Part shown: piece by piece, positions 38,803-48,426 of the stretch
Layout: every line of letters begins with the position of its first letter
How positions within the stretch are numbered: the stretch's first letter is position 1
IMG/VR virus record: IMGVR_UViG_3300030493_000012
DNA from: a virus
Length of the DNA stretch: 64,000 bases
Reading direction: 5' to 3' (one strand)
Notes under the pieces: model-generated
Databases searched by the model: none
What the model saw: only the letters and a program-made list of their open reading frames with translations
Told to the model about the DNA's origin: nothing
Program-made: the position numbers and the translations under genes

Positions 38803-39024
38803 CTAATTTCCATCATGTCGCCCCGACTCAATAACTTGATTGCAAAATTTGTCAATCGCCCACTCTATGTCTTTTCGTTCTAAAGTATCCAAAAACTTCA
38901 ATTGTTCAGGCGTCCAGCCATATTTGTCGGTTTTCATTGCCATTTTGAAGGCTTCTTTGTAATTAATCTCTTCTAAGATAGCGGCCAAAATCAAAGATTC
39001 TCTTTCTGTTAATTCTATATTCAT
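38803..39024 (-). CDS. Hypothetical protein
   Basis: ATGA overlap with upstream ORF. Confidence 0.6.
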   Translation of the reverse strand: MNIELTERESLILAAILEEINYKEAFKMAMKTDKYGWTPEQLKFLDTLERKDIEWAIDKFCNQVIESGRHDGN

Positions 39025-39254
39025 AAATTATCCCCAAGCCAGCCATGCTCGCAAATCAAAAATTGAGCCGCTTTAACATGCTTAACTCCTGCTTTTTCTA
39101 GCTTTTCAATTTCTGAATCTTCAAGTTCGCTGGTTGGCGCACAAAAGATGTTCTCTGTGTCGTTCCAATACCTTTCGCCAAAAATTTCAAAAATCAAATC
39201 ACTGGATTCTTTACCTTTCAAAACTAAACAGTTTGTTTCAAATGCTTCAATCAT
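39021..39254 (-). CDS. Hypothetical acidic protein
   Basis: TTGACA-N17-TAATCT-N6-ATG. Confidence 0.65.
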   Translation of the reverse strand: MIEAFETNCLVLKGKESSDLIFEIFGERYWNDTENIFCAPTSELEDSEIEKLEKAGVKHVKAAQFLICEHGWLGDNL

Positions 39255-39499
39255 AGTTTTAGATTATACTTTCCGGCTCAAAATGTCAATCAATTTTATT
39301 AACCATTCTCTTAATATTCTGAATCTTACCTCTAAGCACAAGACATTCTTTATTTTTATATTCAAAAACGTCCTTAATAACCTTTAGGTAGTCACTCAAT
39401 TGGCCATCGTATAAGTCCATACAGTTGGTTAAAGCCCACAAATCAAGTACGGATTGTCTATATTGTGGAGGCAGCATTTTGACCGCATCTTTGATTGTT

Positions 39500-39883
39500 T
39501 TAGCCATAAACTTTCTTAATTAACCGCAAACTCTTGCAAAACATCGTGCCTTTGTACTCAGTTTCGTCGGCTCTCAAGCCGTTACAAGTTTCAAAATGCG
39601 GACTATTGGCTTTGACCTTCCAAATTTCAAAGGTTTCATTACCGCCTACAGAGTTTTTAACAAGGTCTAAAGCATTTTCAAAGGTGTCGAAAACAAACAA
39701 AAACTTATTTCTTAAATTTTTAGCATCAATTAGTTCATTTTCAAAATAGCGCAAAGAAGTTTCGGTATGAGCCGGGACTAAATGATATTCCGAATCCAGT
39801 ATCCAAGAATGGTTATAACTAACCAATTCATTGGTAATGGTAATTCGGCTTAATACTTTATATGCTATTTTGGATTTACTCAT
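39500..39883 (-). CDS. YK-x-LFVF-x-ECE-x-FC family protein (divergent)
   Basis: IAYKV...FLFVFD...GTMFCKSLRLIKK. Confidence 0.7.
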   Translation of the reverse strand: MSKSKIAYKVLSRITITNELVSYNHSWILDSEYHLVPAHTETSLRYFENELIDAKNLRNKFLFVFDTFENALDLVKNSVGGNETFEIWKVKANSPHFETCNGLRADETEYKGTMFCKSLRLIKKVYG

Positions 39884-39905
39884 AATTGCTTTTACTGATT
39901 AAAGA

Positions 39906-40127
39906 TTAAACTTTCGGCACAAGTTTGTCAACATCAAATCCTCGCATTTCCAAATAACCTTTAACGCCAAGCATTTTTTGGTAAATTGGAAACCAAGCTA
40001 TGTGGTATTCGCTGCCCATCATCCTTAATTTATCCTGCAAATCAAAGAAAAACCTATATAAATCTTTGCACTCTTGGTCTGTAAGGCTGTTGCCAATTTC
40101 GAATTTGTGGATTAGTCCTTTCATCAT
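39906..40127 (-). CDS. Hypothetical protein
   Basis: C-terminus VDKLVPKV encoded by the next promoter. Confidence 0.6.
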   Translation of the reverse strand: MMKGLIHKFEIGNSLTDQECKDLYRFFFDLQDKLRMMGSEYHIAWFPIYQKMLGVKGYLEMRGFDVDKLVPKV

Positions 40128-40315
40128 GTTTTTAGCCTTCGTTTCTCAATTCCCAATTCAAATCTTCCGGCTCGCCAAATTCACCCAAAATCAAATCGGC
40201 CTTGGTTTGAGCCTCCGACTCGGTTTTGGCATAAAGAGTATAAATGCCCAAAACTTCATCTTCCAAATCTGTAATCTTAAGGATAAACTTCATAGTTTTG
40301 AGAATAAACTTTTTA

Positions 40316-40543
40316 TTAACTAAAGTCAACCTCTAATTTCTCGTAAATTTCAAATCCACTCCAGTTAATTTTATTAAAAGCAACAAACTCATCTGATTCA
40401 ACACCTTCGCCGCCACAGTCAGAAATTGCCACTTTAATTCCGTTCTTACTAACATCAAAAACAGTTTCCCCAAAATACCAAACAAGATATTTATCAGAGG
40501 CTACAAATTCAGATAATTTATTTAGTTTTTCAAAATTTCGCAT
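40316..40543 (-). CDS. Hypothetical protein
   Basis: TTGAAT-N17-TAATAT-N6-ATG. Confidence 0.6.
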   Translation of the reverse strand: MRNFEKLNKLSEFVASDKYLVWYFGETVFDVSKNGIKVAISDCGGEGVESDEFVAFNKINWSGFEIYEKLEVDFS

Positions 40544-40574
40544 ATTTAAATATTAGCCTTTTGTGTCAACAAAT

Positions 40575-42656
40575 TCAAGCATTATCTTTGATATACTTTT
40601 GCAACTCTTTAATAACATTTTCTGTAGTATCAACATACTGACAAAGAGCATGAGAATAGAAATCAAACAAAGGATATTTCAGCCGCAACTTAACTATTTC
40701 AGCCGCGAAATCAACATTTGGCTCTGGCAACGTAACCGTCTTGCCGGTAATTCGTTGCAAATCACCCAATATAGAAATCAAATTGTCAAGGTTATTAATT
40801 ACCGTGGTTTTATTGGCTTCCGCAACCAAATCATCAATCTGGCTATCAAGACCAACAAAATCTTTTAGATGATTAATAAACTTGGACTCATTATTTGAAA
40901 GATCACTCCACTTTTTGTAATTGACAATTTTCTGAATTTCTGGACTATTTTTAACAAAGTTTTCCAATTCCGTATGCAGATAAGAAAACAAGCTTTCCAT
41001 ATTGGGGTTTTTGGCCAACTTTTTGACCGCAGGCTTAGTATAAATCCCAAATATATCATTAGGAAGGCTGATTCCCAAACACTTAAGTTTGTCTTTTAGT
41101 TCCGAAAATTGATAATCAGAAATACTCTCGCCATCACTAATCATGCCATAATGATGCTTTTTGTAGCTTTGCAATACAATGTAATAGCCCGAATCATTCA
41201 GAATATCTAACTCACAAGGTTGCATTGCATTATAATAATTCCTTGCGCCGTCATACTTATAACACTTAATAGTTTCAGTTCTATTATAAGACAATTTTTC
41301 GTCCTGCAAACTTGAGATTAAAATATAAGGATAAGAATCAAAGCCAGAATCTTTGGCCCAAGCATCAAACTTTGCCTTGTCAGTATATTCAATCAAACGT
41401 ACCGGACTGCCTGAATTGATTGTGGAGCGCAACCGATTGGTCATTTTTTGCGGCTCAATATCTTTGACTACATATTTTATGCTAGGCCCAAAATCTAAAT
41501 AACTATTGACATGAGCTTTGAGCTTAGTTTTGCCTTTGAAATAAATTTCTGAAACAGTAATTCCTGGCGCAACATCCAGATGCCAAACATGAATTGTCTT
41601 GTTATGCCAAGTAATTTGACCGCCAGAACAGAATGACTCCATTAGGTACTTAAAATTCGTACTTTTAATTTCGTTATAAAGACAGTGAACCTCATAAACA
41701 GTAGAACACTTTTCAAACTTATCCAAAATATGTTTTTCTACTTCTTGGGCAATAGAGTTGAGTTTTAAAGCAATATTTTTTGTAGTCCTTTCGTCATAGG
41801 AAAGACCTTCCCGGCCAGCATTAACATCCAAATCGCCAATTTTAAAAATAATCTGAATATCAGTGTCCAGCAATTTGGAACCAGCATCGGTCAAATCAGA
41901 AGAATGCCTAACTACGGATTTATCAACAGGATAAGAATAACACCCCATGATGGCAGTAACAGTTTTCGAGCTATAATAGTCAGACTTAAAAACTTTCCAG
42001 TCCGCGCCTTCCAAAATTACAGGTTTGTCAACAATATTAATTCGTGCGCCGGTAATTTTAGGACGAGGATTAAAATATTGATAGATTTCAGCGGCTTTTT
42101 GTTGAAATTGACTATGGAATTGTACTGGGATTGAAATTTTTACTTCAAACCCTTGCGGTTCTTGGCTTTCTGATTCGCCAAGGAACATGATTTGAGGAAT
42201 TCCATTGCTACCTTTAAATACTTGGTATGAACGCTTTTTGTTATCAAGAAAACAAGTGCAAACAAAGTTATCGGCAAATACCAACGATACCAATCGGCCC
42301 GCCCCGATGCTCCCAGCCACTTCATTACTTTTGTTTTTAGTCGAATAAAAAGCCTGAGTATAATTATTCATCATAAACTCGTGGCTCATACTTATTCCGT
42401 AATCTCTCACTTTTAGAAATGATTCAAAAGAATTCGGAACGTGGCATTCGATTGGAACATCACGCTTTCCAGCTTCAATATGTGAATCAAGCGCATTAGC
42501 ACTCAATTCTCGAATAATAGCAGTAACCTTGTCTGAATAAATATTTGAAATTAGAATATTAAAACTCTTGGCGTTAGCTTTAATTGTAAACTCGCCTTCA
42601 ATAAGGTTGCCCGTGCCAATCTTCTCAATCTCAATTTCTGGTTGGTATGTAATCAT
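40575..42656 (-). CDS. rIIA: rIIA-like protein with N-terminal GHKL (Hsp90-like) ATPase domain
   Basis: IIRELSANALDSH...VRDYG...STK..SN...GSIGAG; 693 aa; own leaderless promoter. Confidence 0.85.
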   Translation of the reverse strand: MITYQPEIEIEKIGTGNLIEGEFTIKANAKSFNILISNIYSDKVTAIIRELSANALDSHIEAGKRDVPIECHVPNSFESFLKVRDYGISMSHEFMMNNYTQAFYSTKNKSNEVAGSIGAGRLVSLVFADNFVCTCFLDNKKRSYQVFKGSNGIPQIMFLGESESQEPQGFEVKISIPVQFHSQFQQKAAEIYQYFNPRPKITGARINIVDKPVILEGADWKVFKSDYYSSKTVTAIMGCYSYPVDKSVVRHSSDLTDAGSKLLDTDIQIIFKIGDLDVNAGREGLSYDERTTKNIALKLNSIAQEVEKHILDKFEKCSTVYEVHCLYNEIKSTNFKYLMESFCSGGQITWHNKTIHVWHLDVAPGITVSEIYFKGKTKLKAHVNSYLDFGPSIKYVVKDIEPQKMTNRLRSTINSGSPVRLIEYTDKAKFDAWAKDSGFDSYPYILISSLQDEKLSYNRTETIKCYKYDGARNYYNAMQPCELDILNDSGYYIVLQSYKKHHYGMISDGESISDYQFSELKDKLKCLGISLPNDIFGIYTKPAVKKLAKNPNMESLFSYLHTELENFVKNSPEIQKIVNYKKWSDLSNNESKFINHLKDFVGLDSQIDDLVAEANKTTVINNLDNLISILGDLQRITGKTVTLPEPNVDFAAEIVKLRLKYPLFDFYSHALCQYVDTTENVIKELQKYIKDNA

Positions 42657-42712
42657 GTTTTAAGTATTTATTTTATTGCAGAAGTTGTCAAGTATTCTAT
42701 GATACTTTATAT

Positions 42713-42782
42713 TGGCGAGCGCGGTAGGATTTGTCCTACATTTCTTTGGCCATTTTTGCGTCCTTACTTAGACGACACGCTC
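42713..42782 (-). pseudogene. Degenerate tRNA
   Basis: GAGCGTG/CGCGCTC-GCCA acceptor; GTAGG/CCTAC T-stem; anticodon arm unpaired. Confidence 0.5.
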
Positions 42783-42915
42783 ATTAAAAAGAAGCGTTAA
42801 AGGAATTGAACCTTTTCTACCATAAATTTTTGTTCCAAAGGGGACACCGGAATTTATTCCGGTGGTGAATTTGGATGTTGTTTGCTTTTTCAAGTTTTTA
42901 GTGTAATATAGATTG

Positions 42916-43326
42916 ATGGATGATAAATTAAACAAAATAACCAGAAAGCACGGTAAGCATACGGCTTACAATCTCAATTATTATATCGTTTTCTGTCCGA
43001 AATACCGGAAAAGTGTTCTCGTCGGTGATATAGCGATTCATACTGAAGAAATCATACGGCATATTGCGGATAAAGTCAACGTAAAAATCGAAAATTTAAC
43101 GGTTGCGCCTGACCATGTTCGTGTTTTTCTGTCTGCGCCACCTAGATTATCACCGCAATCTATCGTCAAACGTCTTAAAGGAGCTACCGCCAACATCTTA
43201 CGCCAAAAATATCCTCAACTTTTACGGTTGCCAACTTTATGGTCTAGCTCGTATTATGTGTGTACGGTTGGCTCTGTATCTGATTCGGTAGTAAGTCTTT
43301 ATATCGAAAACCAGCGTGGCAAATGA
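42916..43326 (+). CDS. tnpA: IS200-type Y1 transposase; HUH motif altered (DHVRV)
   Basis: YYIVFCPKYRK...PDHVRVF...LWSSSYY...YIENQ. Confidence 0.9.
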   Translation: MDDKLNKITRKHGKHTAYNLNYYIVFCPKYRKSVLVGDIAIHTEEIIRHIADKVNVKIENLTVAPDHVRVFLSAPPRLSPQSIVKRLKGATANILRQKYPQLLRLPTLWSSSYYVCTVGSVSDSVVSLYIENQRGK

Positions 43327-44447
43327 TAACCTACAAGTTTCGCATCTTTCCAACCAGAAAACAAATGGCGATTCTCGCCAAGATGGAAGACGCGCATCTT
43401 AATCTTTACAATACCGCACTCGCCGAAAAGAACGACCAATACGAGAAAACCAAAAAATCTGATTCCGTATTTACGCAAATTAAACGATTTGTTCCGGCAG
43501 TTAAACAAACCGAAAACGGCAAGCTTTGCAATTATAGCTCGCTCCAGCAAACCATCAGACGCCTTCACAAGAGTTTTAATGCTATCTATAACCGCAGAGG
43601 CGGTAAACCGCGTTTTAAAAAGACCGTTCCTCTCGAATACAGTACTTATGGAGATGGCTGGAAAATAGTTAACGATAGTCTGCGTATTCAGAATGTTGGT
43701 TTTATTTCTCTCAAAACACACCGGCCAATTGACGGTAAAATTAAGAGTTTAGTAGTCAAGAAAAACGGAGACAAATTTTATGCTTGCGTTGCTTGCAAAC
43801 GTATTTCCGCTCCGTTAAAACAGACAAACAAGGCTGTCGGCATAGATTTCGGTCTCAAAACGTTTTTAACAATGTCAGACGGTGAAAAAGTCGAGCACTC
43901 TTTACCGTTAAAGCGTTCGTTAAAGAATATCGCCAAAATTCACCGCCAAATCAAGAAAGCAGTCGAGTCTAAATCGGCTCGCAAAGAGAAACTAAAACGC
44001 AAAGCTTTACGTTTAACTTACGAAAAAACCAAGAATCGTCGGCTCGATTTCGCGCATAAACTAAGCCGTAAAATCGTCAACGAAAACTCTTTTATAGCGG
44101 TTGAAGACCTCAATCTGCGAGGCTTGACGACCGGAATAAAGAACATCAACCGCAAATATTCCGATGTCGCAGTCGGCATGTTCTATGATTTACTCGCCTA
44201 CAAGGCTGAAAGTGCTGGTAGGCAATTCGTTCGCGTTAATCCAAAGAATACGTCTCAGGCGTGTTGCAAATGCGGAAAATTAGCCGGTCTAACTCTTAAA
44301 GACCGAGAAATTGTCTGTGATTGCGGACATTCCGAAGACCGTGATATTAACGCCGCCAAGAATATCTTGGCTTTAGGATTAAAAACCGTAGGACTATACG
44401 GTTCGTTAGAACTGAGTGCAAACTTGGTTCAAACCAGAAGCTCCTGA
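43323..44447 (+). CDS. tnpB: TnpB RNA-guided nuclease
   Basis: RuvC D (GIDFG), E (AVEDL), D (DRDINAA); Zn finger CCKCG...CDCG. Confidence 0.92.
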   Translation: MITYKFRIFPTRKQMAILAKMEDAHLNLYNTALAEKNDQYEKTKKSDSVFTQIKRFVPAVKQTENGKLCNYSSLQQTIRRLHKSFNAIYNRRGGKPRFKKTVPLEYSTYGDGWKIVNDSLRIQNVGFISLKTHRPIDGKIKSLVVKKNGDKFYACVACKRISAPLKQTNKAVGIDFGLKTFLTMSDGEKVEHSLPLKRSLKNIAKIHRQIKKAVESKSARKEKLKRKALRLTYEKTKNRRLDFAHKLSRKIVNENSFIAVEDLNLRGLTTGIKNINRKYSDVAVGMFYDLLAYKAESAGRQFVRVNPKNTSQACCKCGKLAGLTLKDREIVCDCGHSEDRDINAAKNILALGLKTVGLYGSLELSANLVQTRSS

Positions 44448-44544
44448 ATTTATTCAGGAGAGTAGTCACTACACTAAACGCTTCGCAAAACTGCTGGTTT
44501 TAATATTTAACATTGTCAAGGCCAGCACCTATTTTCAGACAGGC

Positions 44545-45495
44545 TCAAGCATCAACCTTTATAATGCTCAAAATTTTATCCCACTTAAAAGACCTTACTC
44601 CATGCCCAAAAGCGTAACAATTAACCTTATTTTCGTCACGGTCAATCGCTCCTGAGACTGTGTACATTTCATTATATCCATCCTTTTGATACAGGATTTC
44701 GTACCTTTCAACATCACCTAACGCCAGTTTTAAAGCTTGATTGTCAATTTTCATATTTTGATTATTACTCTTTTCCCCATAATTGTCAACATTAAAATCA
44801 AAAACTTTCTTCTTCAAAATCACAGAGTCGGCAAATACTGTTCCTTTAAATGGTTTCTTTCCAAACACATAAGCATAAGGATGTTGAGACTCAATAATCT
44901 CACATTCGAAAATTAAAATTCCATCCTTGGCATTTTCTGTTTTTGCGTCTTCATAATCATAATTTACATAATTAACCGCTGATTCCAAAGAGTCAAAACA
45001 AAATAATGGTTTCAAAACATCGTCAGTAAGAGTTTCCTTCCCAACAAAATATTCCTTGTGTCCGGATTTATCCGAGCAACAGGAGAAAAATTGGCCTGAA
45101 TTATAGCTCATTAATTGTCCATTATAAGAGCGAACAATCTTAAACGCCTTCTTTGTCTTTCCGGCTTCTCGAATTAGCTTGACTCTTGAGGCCAAAACAG
45201 TTCCAATCTTCTCTTGGGCTAAATTATGATGCACTGGCTCTACATATCCTAAATATGGCGTATATTCACATTCGTAAATTGGATAATGAATACTATCGGC
45301 CCAATGACATTCGTTTTTAAGAAACATCGCGGCATGTTCTAAGGTGTCGAATACAAAAATAGGACTATTTTCTGATACTGTCCACTTTTTGGTGCTGTAT
45401 TTCAGATAATTCTCTCCGTCTAAATCACTAATATTAGAAGTTGTAAACGAGCACAACACATTACCAATTTTTCGGACTATTTTATAGGCTTTCAT
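44545..45495 (-). CDS. Two tandem YK-x-LFVF-x-ECE domains fused in frame to a promoter-bearing downstream gene (MKIDNQ at 44754)
   Basis: Domain duplicated; internal TTGACA-N17-AATAAT-N6-ATG at 44789-44752. Confidence 0.75.
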   Translation of the reverse strand: MKAYKIVRKIGNVLCSFTTSNISDLDGENYLKYSTKKWTVSENSPIFVFDTLEHAAMFLKNECHWADSIHYPIYECEYTPYLGYVEPVHHNLAQEKIGTVLASRVKLIREAGKTKKAFKIVRSYNGQLMSYNSGQFFSCCSDKSGHKEYFVGKETLTDDVLKPLFCFDSLESAVNYVNYDYEDAKTENAKDGILIFECEIIESQHPYAYVFGKKPFKGTVFADSVILKKKVFDFNVDNYGEKSNNQNMKIDNQALKLALGDVERYEILYQKDGYNEMYTVSGAIDRDENKVNCYAFGHGVRSFKWDKILSIIKVDA

Positions 45496-45695
45496 ATTTT
45501 ATAAGTTTTTTCAAGTTTTCCGCTTAATTCCATATTATGTTCACGGCAATAATTTTCGGCACATTGCCAGTTTTGTTCATAAATCGTTATGCTAAAAGTT
45601 CTGCCGCGAAATTTATAATAAGCAATAAACATCAGCAAAGAACTTGGCTCTTCTTGTCCGTCATTACCAAGAATCTGATTAAGTCTATTCATTGT

Positions 45696-46082
45696 CTAGA
45701 GTTTTAACTTTTCCAGCTTTTTTGTCAATGTAATTTCGGAACAAAAATTTGATATATCAACAATATGGCGAACTCTATTAAATATACAGCGCGAAATTTG
45801 GTCAACCCTATCTACTTGACATTCAAAAGCTTCTAATGGTTTATTAGGTCTGGAATAGACGGAAGCATCATAAATTGCTTGCTCAGCATTCTCATAAATA
45901 AATAAATCTTTATTATCATCTGGCGCGTCATTTGAGGCGCAAGTTTTTTGTCCGATTTTATATTCAACAAAATACCAAGGTTTTAGTCCTGTATTTACAT
46001 AAATTAGATAGTCATTAAAATACATCTGAGAAGAAAAATATCTTCCGGCGTAAACAGAAACAACTTTGTAGGCGGTCTTCAT
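45696..46082 (-). CDS. YK-x-LFVF-x-ECE family protein (divergent)
   Basis: AYKVV...EYKIG...LFIY...FECQV...FCSEITLTKK. Confidence 0.7.
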   Translation of the reverse strand: MKTAYKVVSVYAGRYFSSQMYFNDYLIYVNTGLKPWYFVEYKIGQKTCASNDAPDDNKDLFIYENAEQAIYDASVYSRPNKPLEAFECQVDRVDQISRCIFNRVRHIVDISNFCSEITLTKKLEKLKL

Positions 46083-46113
46083 TTTTTAATTCTAAACTTT
46101 CGGAACATTAAAG

Positions 46114-46473
46114 TCAATACTCAATTTCTTTAAACACAACGGCCTTAAAAACCTCTGCGACTAGCTGTTTATAAACACTTTGAGCCTTTTTAAGAGGCAT
46201 TTGTTTGGAATTTCCAACTTTGTAATAATTGTCGCCCGATTGAAGGTGAAAACGATTATATACACAATCGTTATAATAAAAACGTGGCCTAAATTTATCT
46301 TCCAAATGCAATCTTAATGCGTGTTTTGCTTTATCAATACTGTAGAATAACGACTTTCTAGAATTGAGTTTAATAGGTTTTCCGTTTAGCAAAATAATTA
46401 CTAACTTAGTTCCTTTTAACTCTTTGTCTTTAAGAGTCGCAAAGGCTTGTTTTTTAAGGTTTGTAATATCCAT
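46114..46473 (-). CDS. Hypothetical protein
   Basis: TTGACT-N17-TATCCT-N6-ATG; TGA inside the next -35 box. Confidence 0.65.
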   Translation of the reverse strand: MDITNLKKQAFATLKDKELKGTKLVIILLNGKPIKLNSRKSLFYSIDKAKHALRLHLEDKFRPRFYYNDCVYNRFHLQSGDNYYKVGNSKQMPLKKAQSVYKQLVAEVFKAVVFKEIEY

Positions 46474-46504
46474 AATTTTAGGATAATCTTTATAAACAAC
46501 AAAG

Positions 46505-46738
46505 TCAACTAGAAATTCTCCTAAATTTCAATCTCCACAATAAATCTTCAATAGCATCAGCGGCGTTTTTGATTTTCTTTTCTTTCTTGTTCGGGAATAA
46601 AAGATGTAATGATTCGTGAATTGCGGTATTAAGCATCCTCTTTGCTGGCAAGCCCGACTCGACAATAATCATGTCATTTTTGCCGTGGTTAATAAGAGCC
46701 ACGCCATAAGCCTTGCTAAGTTTTATTTTCTTTATCAT
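46505..46738 (-). CDS. Small HExxH-motif protein
   Basis: LNTAIHESLHLLFP. Confidence 0.6.
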   Translation of the reverse strand: MIKKIKLSKAYGVALINHGKNDMIIVESGLPAKRMLNTAIHESLHLLFPNKKEKKIKNAADAIEDLLWRLKFRRISS

Positions 46739-47036
46739 CTTTATTTAGAAATTCAGCAATTATATCGCCGTGACACTTTCCCGGCTTACAAAAACAACCT
46801 AGAACTTTATCTTTCAAGGCTAAAATTCTTTGTTTGTATTGTTTATCATTTTCTATTCTTGAATAAAAGTCAACCTTAAAAGCGGCAATTGCCTCTGCTC
46901 TGGTATGAATTTTCTTACAGATGGGGCAATATCTATCTACAGGATGCTTGTTTCCAAAATAACCATCTTTGCCATGACCGGGTCGGCCAATATAAACATC
47001 GTATTTTTCAAAATTAAGATTTACAACCTTGGTCAT
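46716..47036 (-). CDS. DUF4326-family protein
   Basis: YDVYIGRPG...GN...LGCFCKP..CHGDII; start refined to MTKVVN. Confidence 0.85.
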   Translation of the reverse strand: MTKVVNLNFEKYDVYIGRPGHGKDGYFGNKHPVDRYCPICKKIHTRAEAIAAFKVDFYSRIENDKQYKQRILALKDKVLGCFCKPGKCHGDIIAEFLNKDDKENKT

Positions 47037-47313
47037 TTTTAGCCTCTGTAATTGGTTGAGCAGGAGCATCTTCAATGATAATTAGCTTTTCTTCCTTTGG
47101 TTTAGCCCACACATTAGTTTTTGGGTCTAAAACAACCAAAGATACACTTACCTTCTGGTCGCCAGTTAGGTTTTGGCCATAGAATAGGAAGTCTTCTGGC
47201 TTGTGTTTAATGCTTTCAAATACGTTTTTTTCGTTTTCTAAGCAATCTTCTGGAATCTCATATTCCCGAACGATATTGTATTGATAACGGATTTTAACAG
47301 TTTTAGTTTTCAT
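47014..47313 (-). CDS. Hypothetical protein
   Basis: TTGACT-N17-TATTCT-N6-ATG. Confidence 0.65.
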   Translation of the reverse strand: MKTKTVKIRYQYNIVREYEIPEDCLENEKNVFESIKHKPEDFLFYGQNLTGDQKVSVSLVVLDPKTNVWAKPKEEKLIIIEDAPAQPITEAKNDQGCKS

Positions 47314-47400
47314 TATCTAAGAATAGTGCTTTTCGTAACGAAAGTCAAGAAATTTGCAAAAAAATACAGTAAGTTGCCAACATGCAGTGTAATATACAGT

Positions 47401-48426
47401 ATGAAAAAATGTTATAAGTGCAAACAGGAAAAGGAATTAAATGAATTTTATAATTGCAAGAGCCAGCCAGACGGAAAGCAACAAAAATGCAAAGAGTGCT
47501 TTAAGATATTCGGAAAAATACAAAATGAGAGAAAACATCAATTAGGTATTTTTAAATATTATAATCATATTTTATCTAAAGAAGAAAAGTCGCAAATAGT
47601 TAAAGAGTACGCAGAAAATCATCTTTCAACGAAGTTAATTGCTGAGAAATTCAAAACGAATACCACGACTGTATTAAGGCTATTGAAAAAAAATAATATA
47701 AAAATTGATAGATTAAATTGTCAACGCAAATATAAAATAATTAATATAAACTATTTTGACAACATAGATACTGAGGATAGGGCATATTTCTTGGGGCTAT
47801 TGTGGGCTGATGGCTGTAATTATAAAGTAGATGGCAAAGCGCATCAAATTGTTATTCATTTGCAAAACAGAGACAGACATATTCTTGAAGAATTTGCTAC
47901 CAAGATTTATGGAGATACAAAAATTTTGTCAATTAGAAAGAAAAAAGACGAAAGATGCCAATTAATGTGTTGCTTTAGAATACCTAATAAATATATCTCT
48001 GATGTATTATTTGAGCACGGGATGGTTCCAAGAAAAAGTTTGATAGTTGATTGGCCTAAAAACCTGCCGGAAAACATGATTAAGCATTTTATTCGTGGTG
48101 AATATGATGGCGATGGCGGAATAAGTTATAATTCTAATTCAAAAAATTATGAGGTTATGTTTATAGGAAGCGTTCTTTTTATCAGTAAGCTTCAAAACTA
48201 TCTAAATAAAGAACTTAATGATAATTTTAGCCTGAAAATAGAAAAGAAAAAATTCTCAGTTCCAATGGCTTATTTAAGAATACATGGCAATCTTAAATGT
48301 AAAAAATTCCTAGACTGGCTTTATGATGGCGCGAAAACAAAACTAGACCGAAAATACCAGAGGTATCTCAGTCTATGTGAGTTAGTTCAAAAACTACATC
48401 CAGAATTAGGCGCAAAACCTGCCTAG
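47401..48426 (+). CDS. Free-standing LAGLIDADG homing endonuclease with N-terminal Zn finger/HTH
   Basis: AYFLGLLWADG and FIRGEYDGDG; start refined to ATG 47401. Confidence 0.9.
   Translation: MKKCYKCKQEKELNEFYNCKSQPDGKQQKCKECFKIFGKIQNERKHQLGIFKYYNHILSKEEKSQIVKEYAENHLSTKLIAEKFKTNTTTVLRLLKKNNIKIDRLNCQRKYKIININYFDNIDTEDRAYFLGLLWADGCNYKVDGKAHQIVIHLQNRDRHILEEFATKIYGDTKILSIRKKKDERCQLMCCFRIPNKYISDVLFEHGMVPRKSLIVDWPKNLPENMIKHFIRGEYDGDGGISYNSNSKNYEVMFIGSVLFISKLQNYLNKELNDNFSLKIEKKKFSVPMAYLRIHGNLKCKKFLDWLYDGAKTKLDRKYQRYLSLCELVQKLHPELGAKPA

Larger units (their letters stand above)
42836..44469 (+). mobile_element. IS200/IS605-family element (tnpA + tnpB)
   Basis: Left-end hairpin CACCGGAAT-tt-ATTCCGGTG (42845-42864); right-end hairpin CTCCTGAAT-tt-ATTCAGGAG followed by AGTAGTCAC; left boundary approximate. 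Confidence 0.9.
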
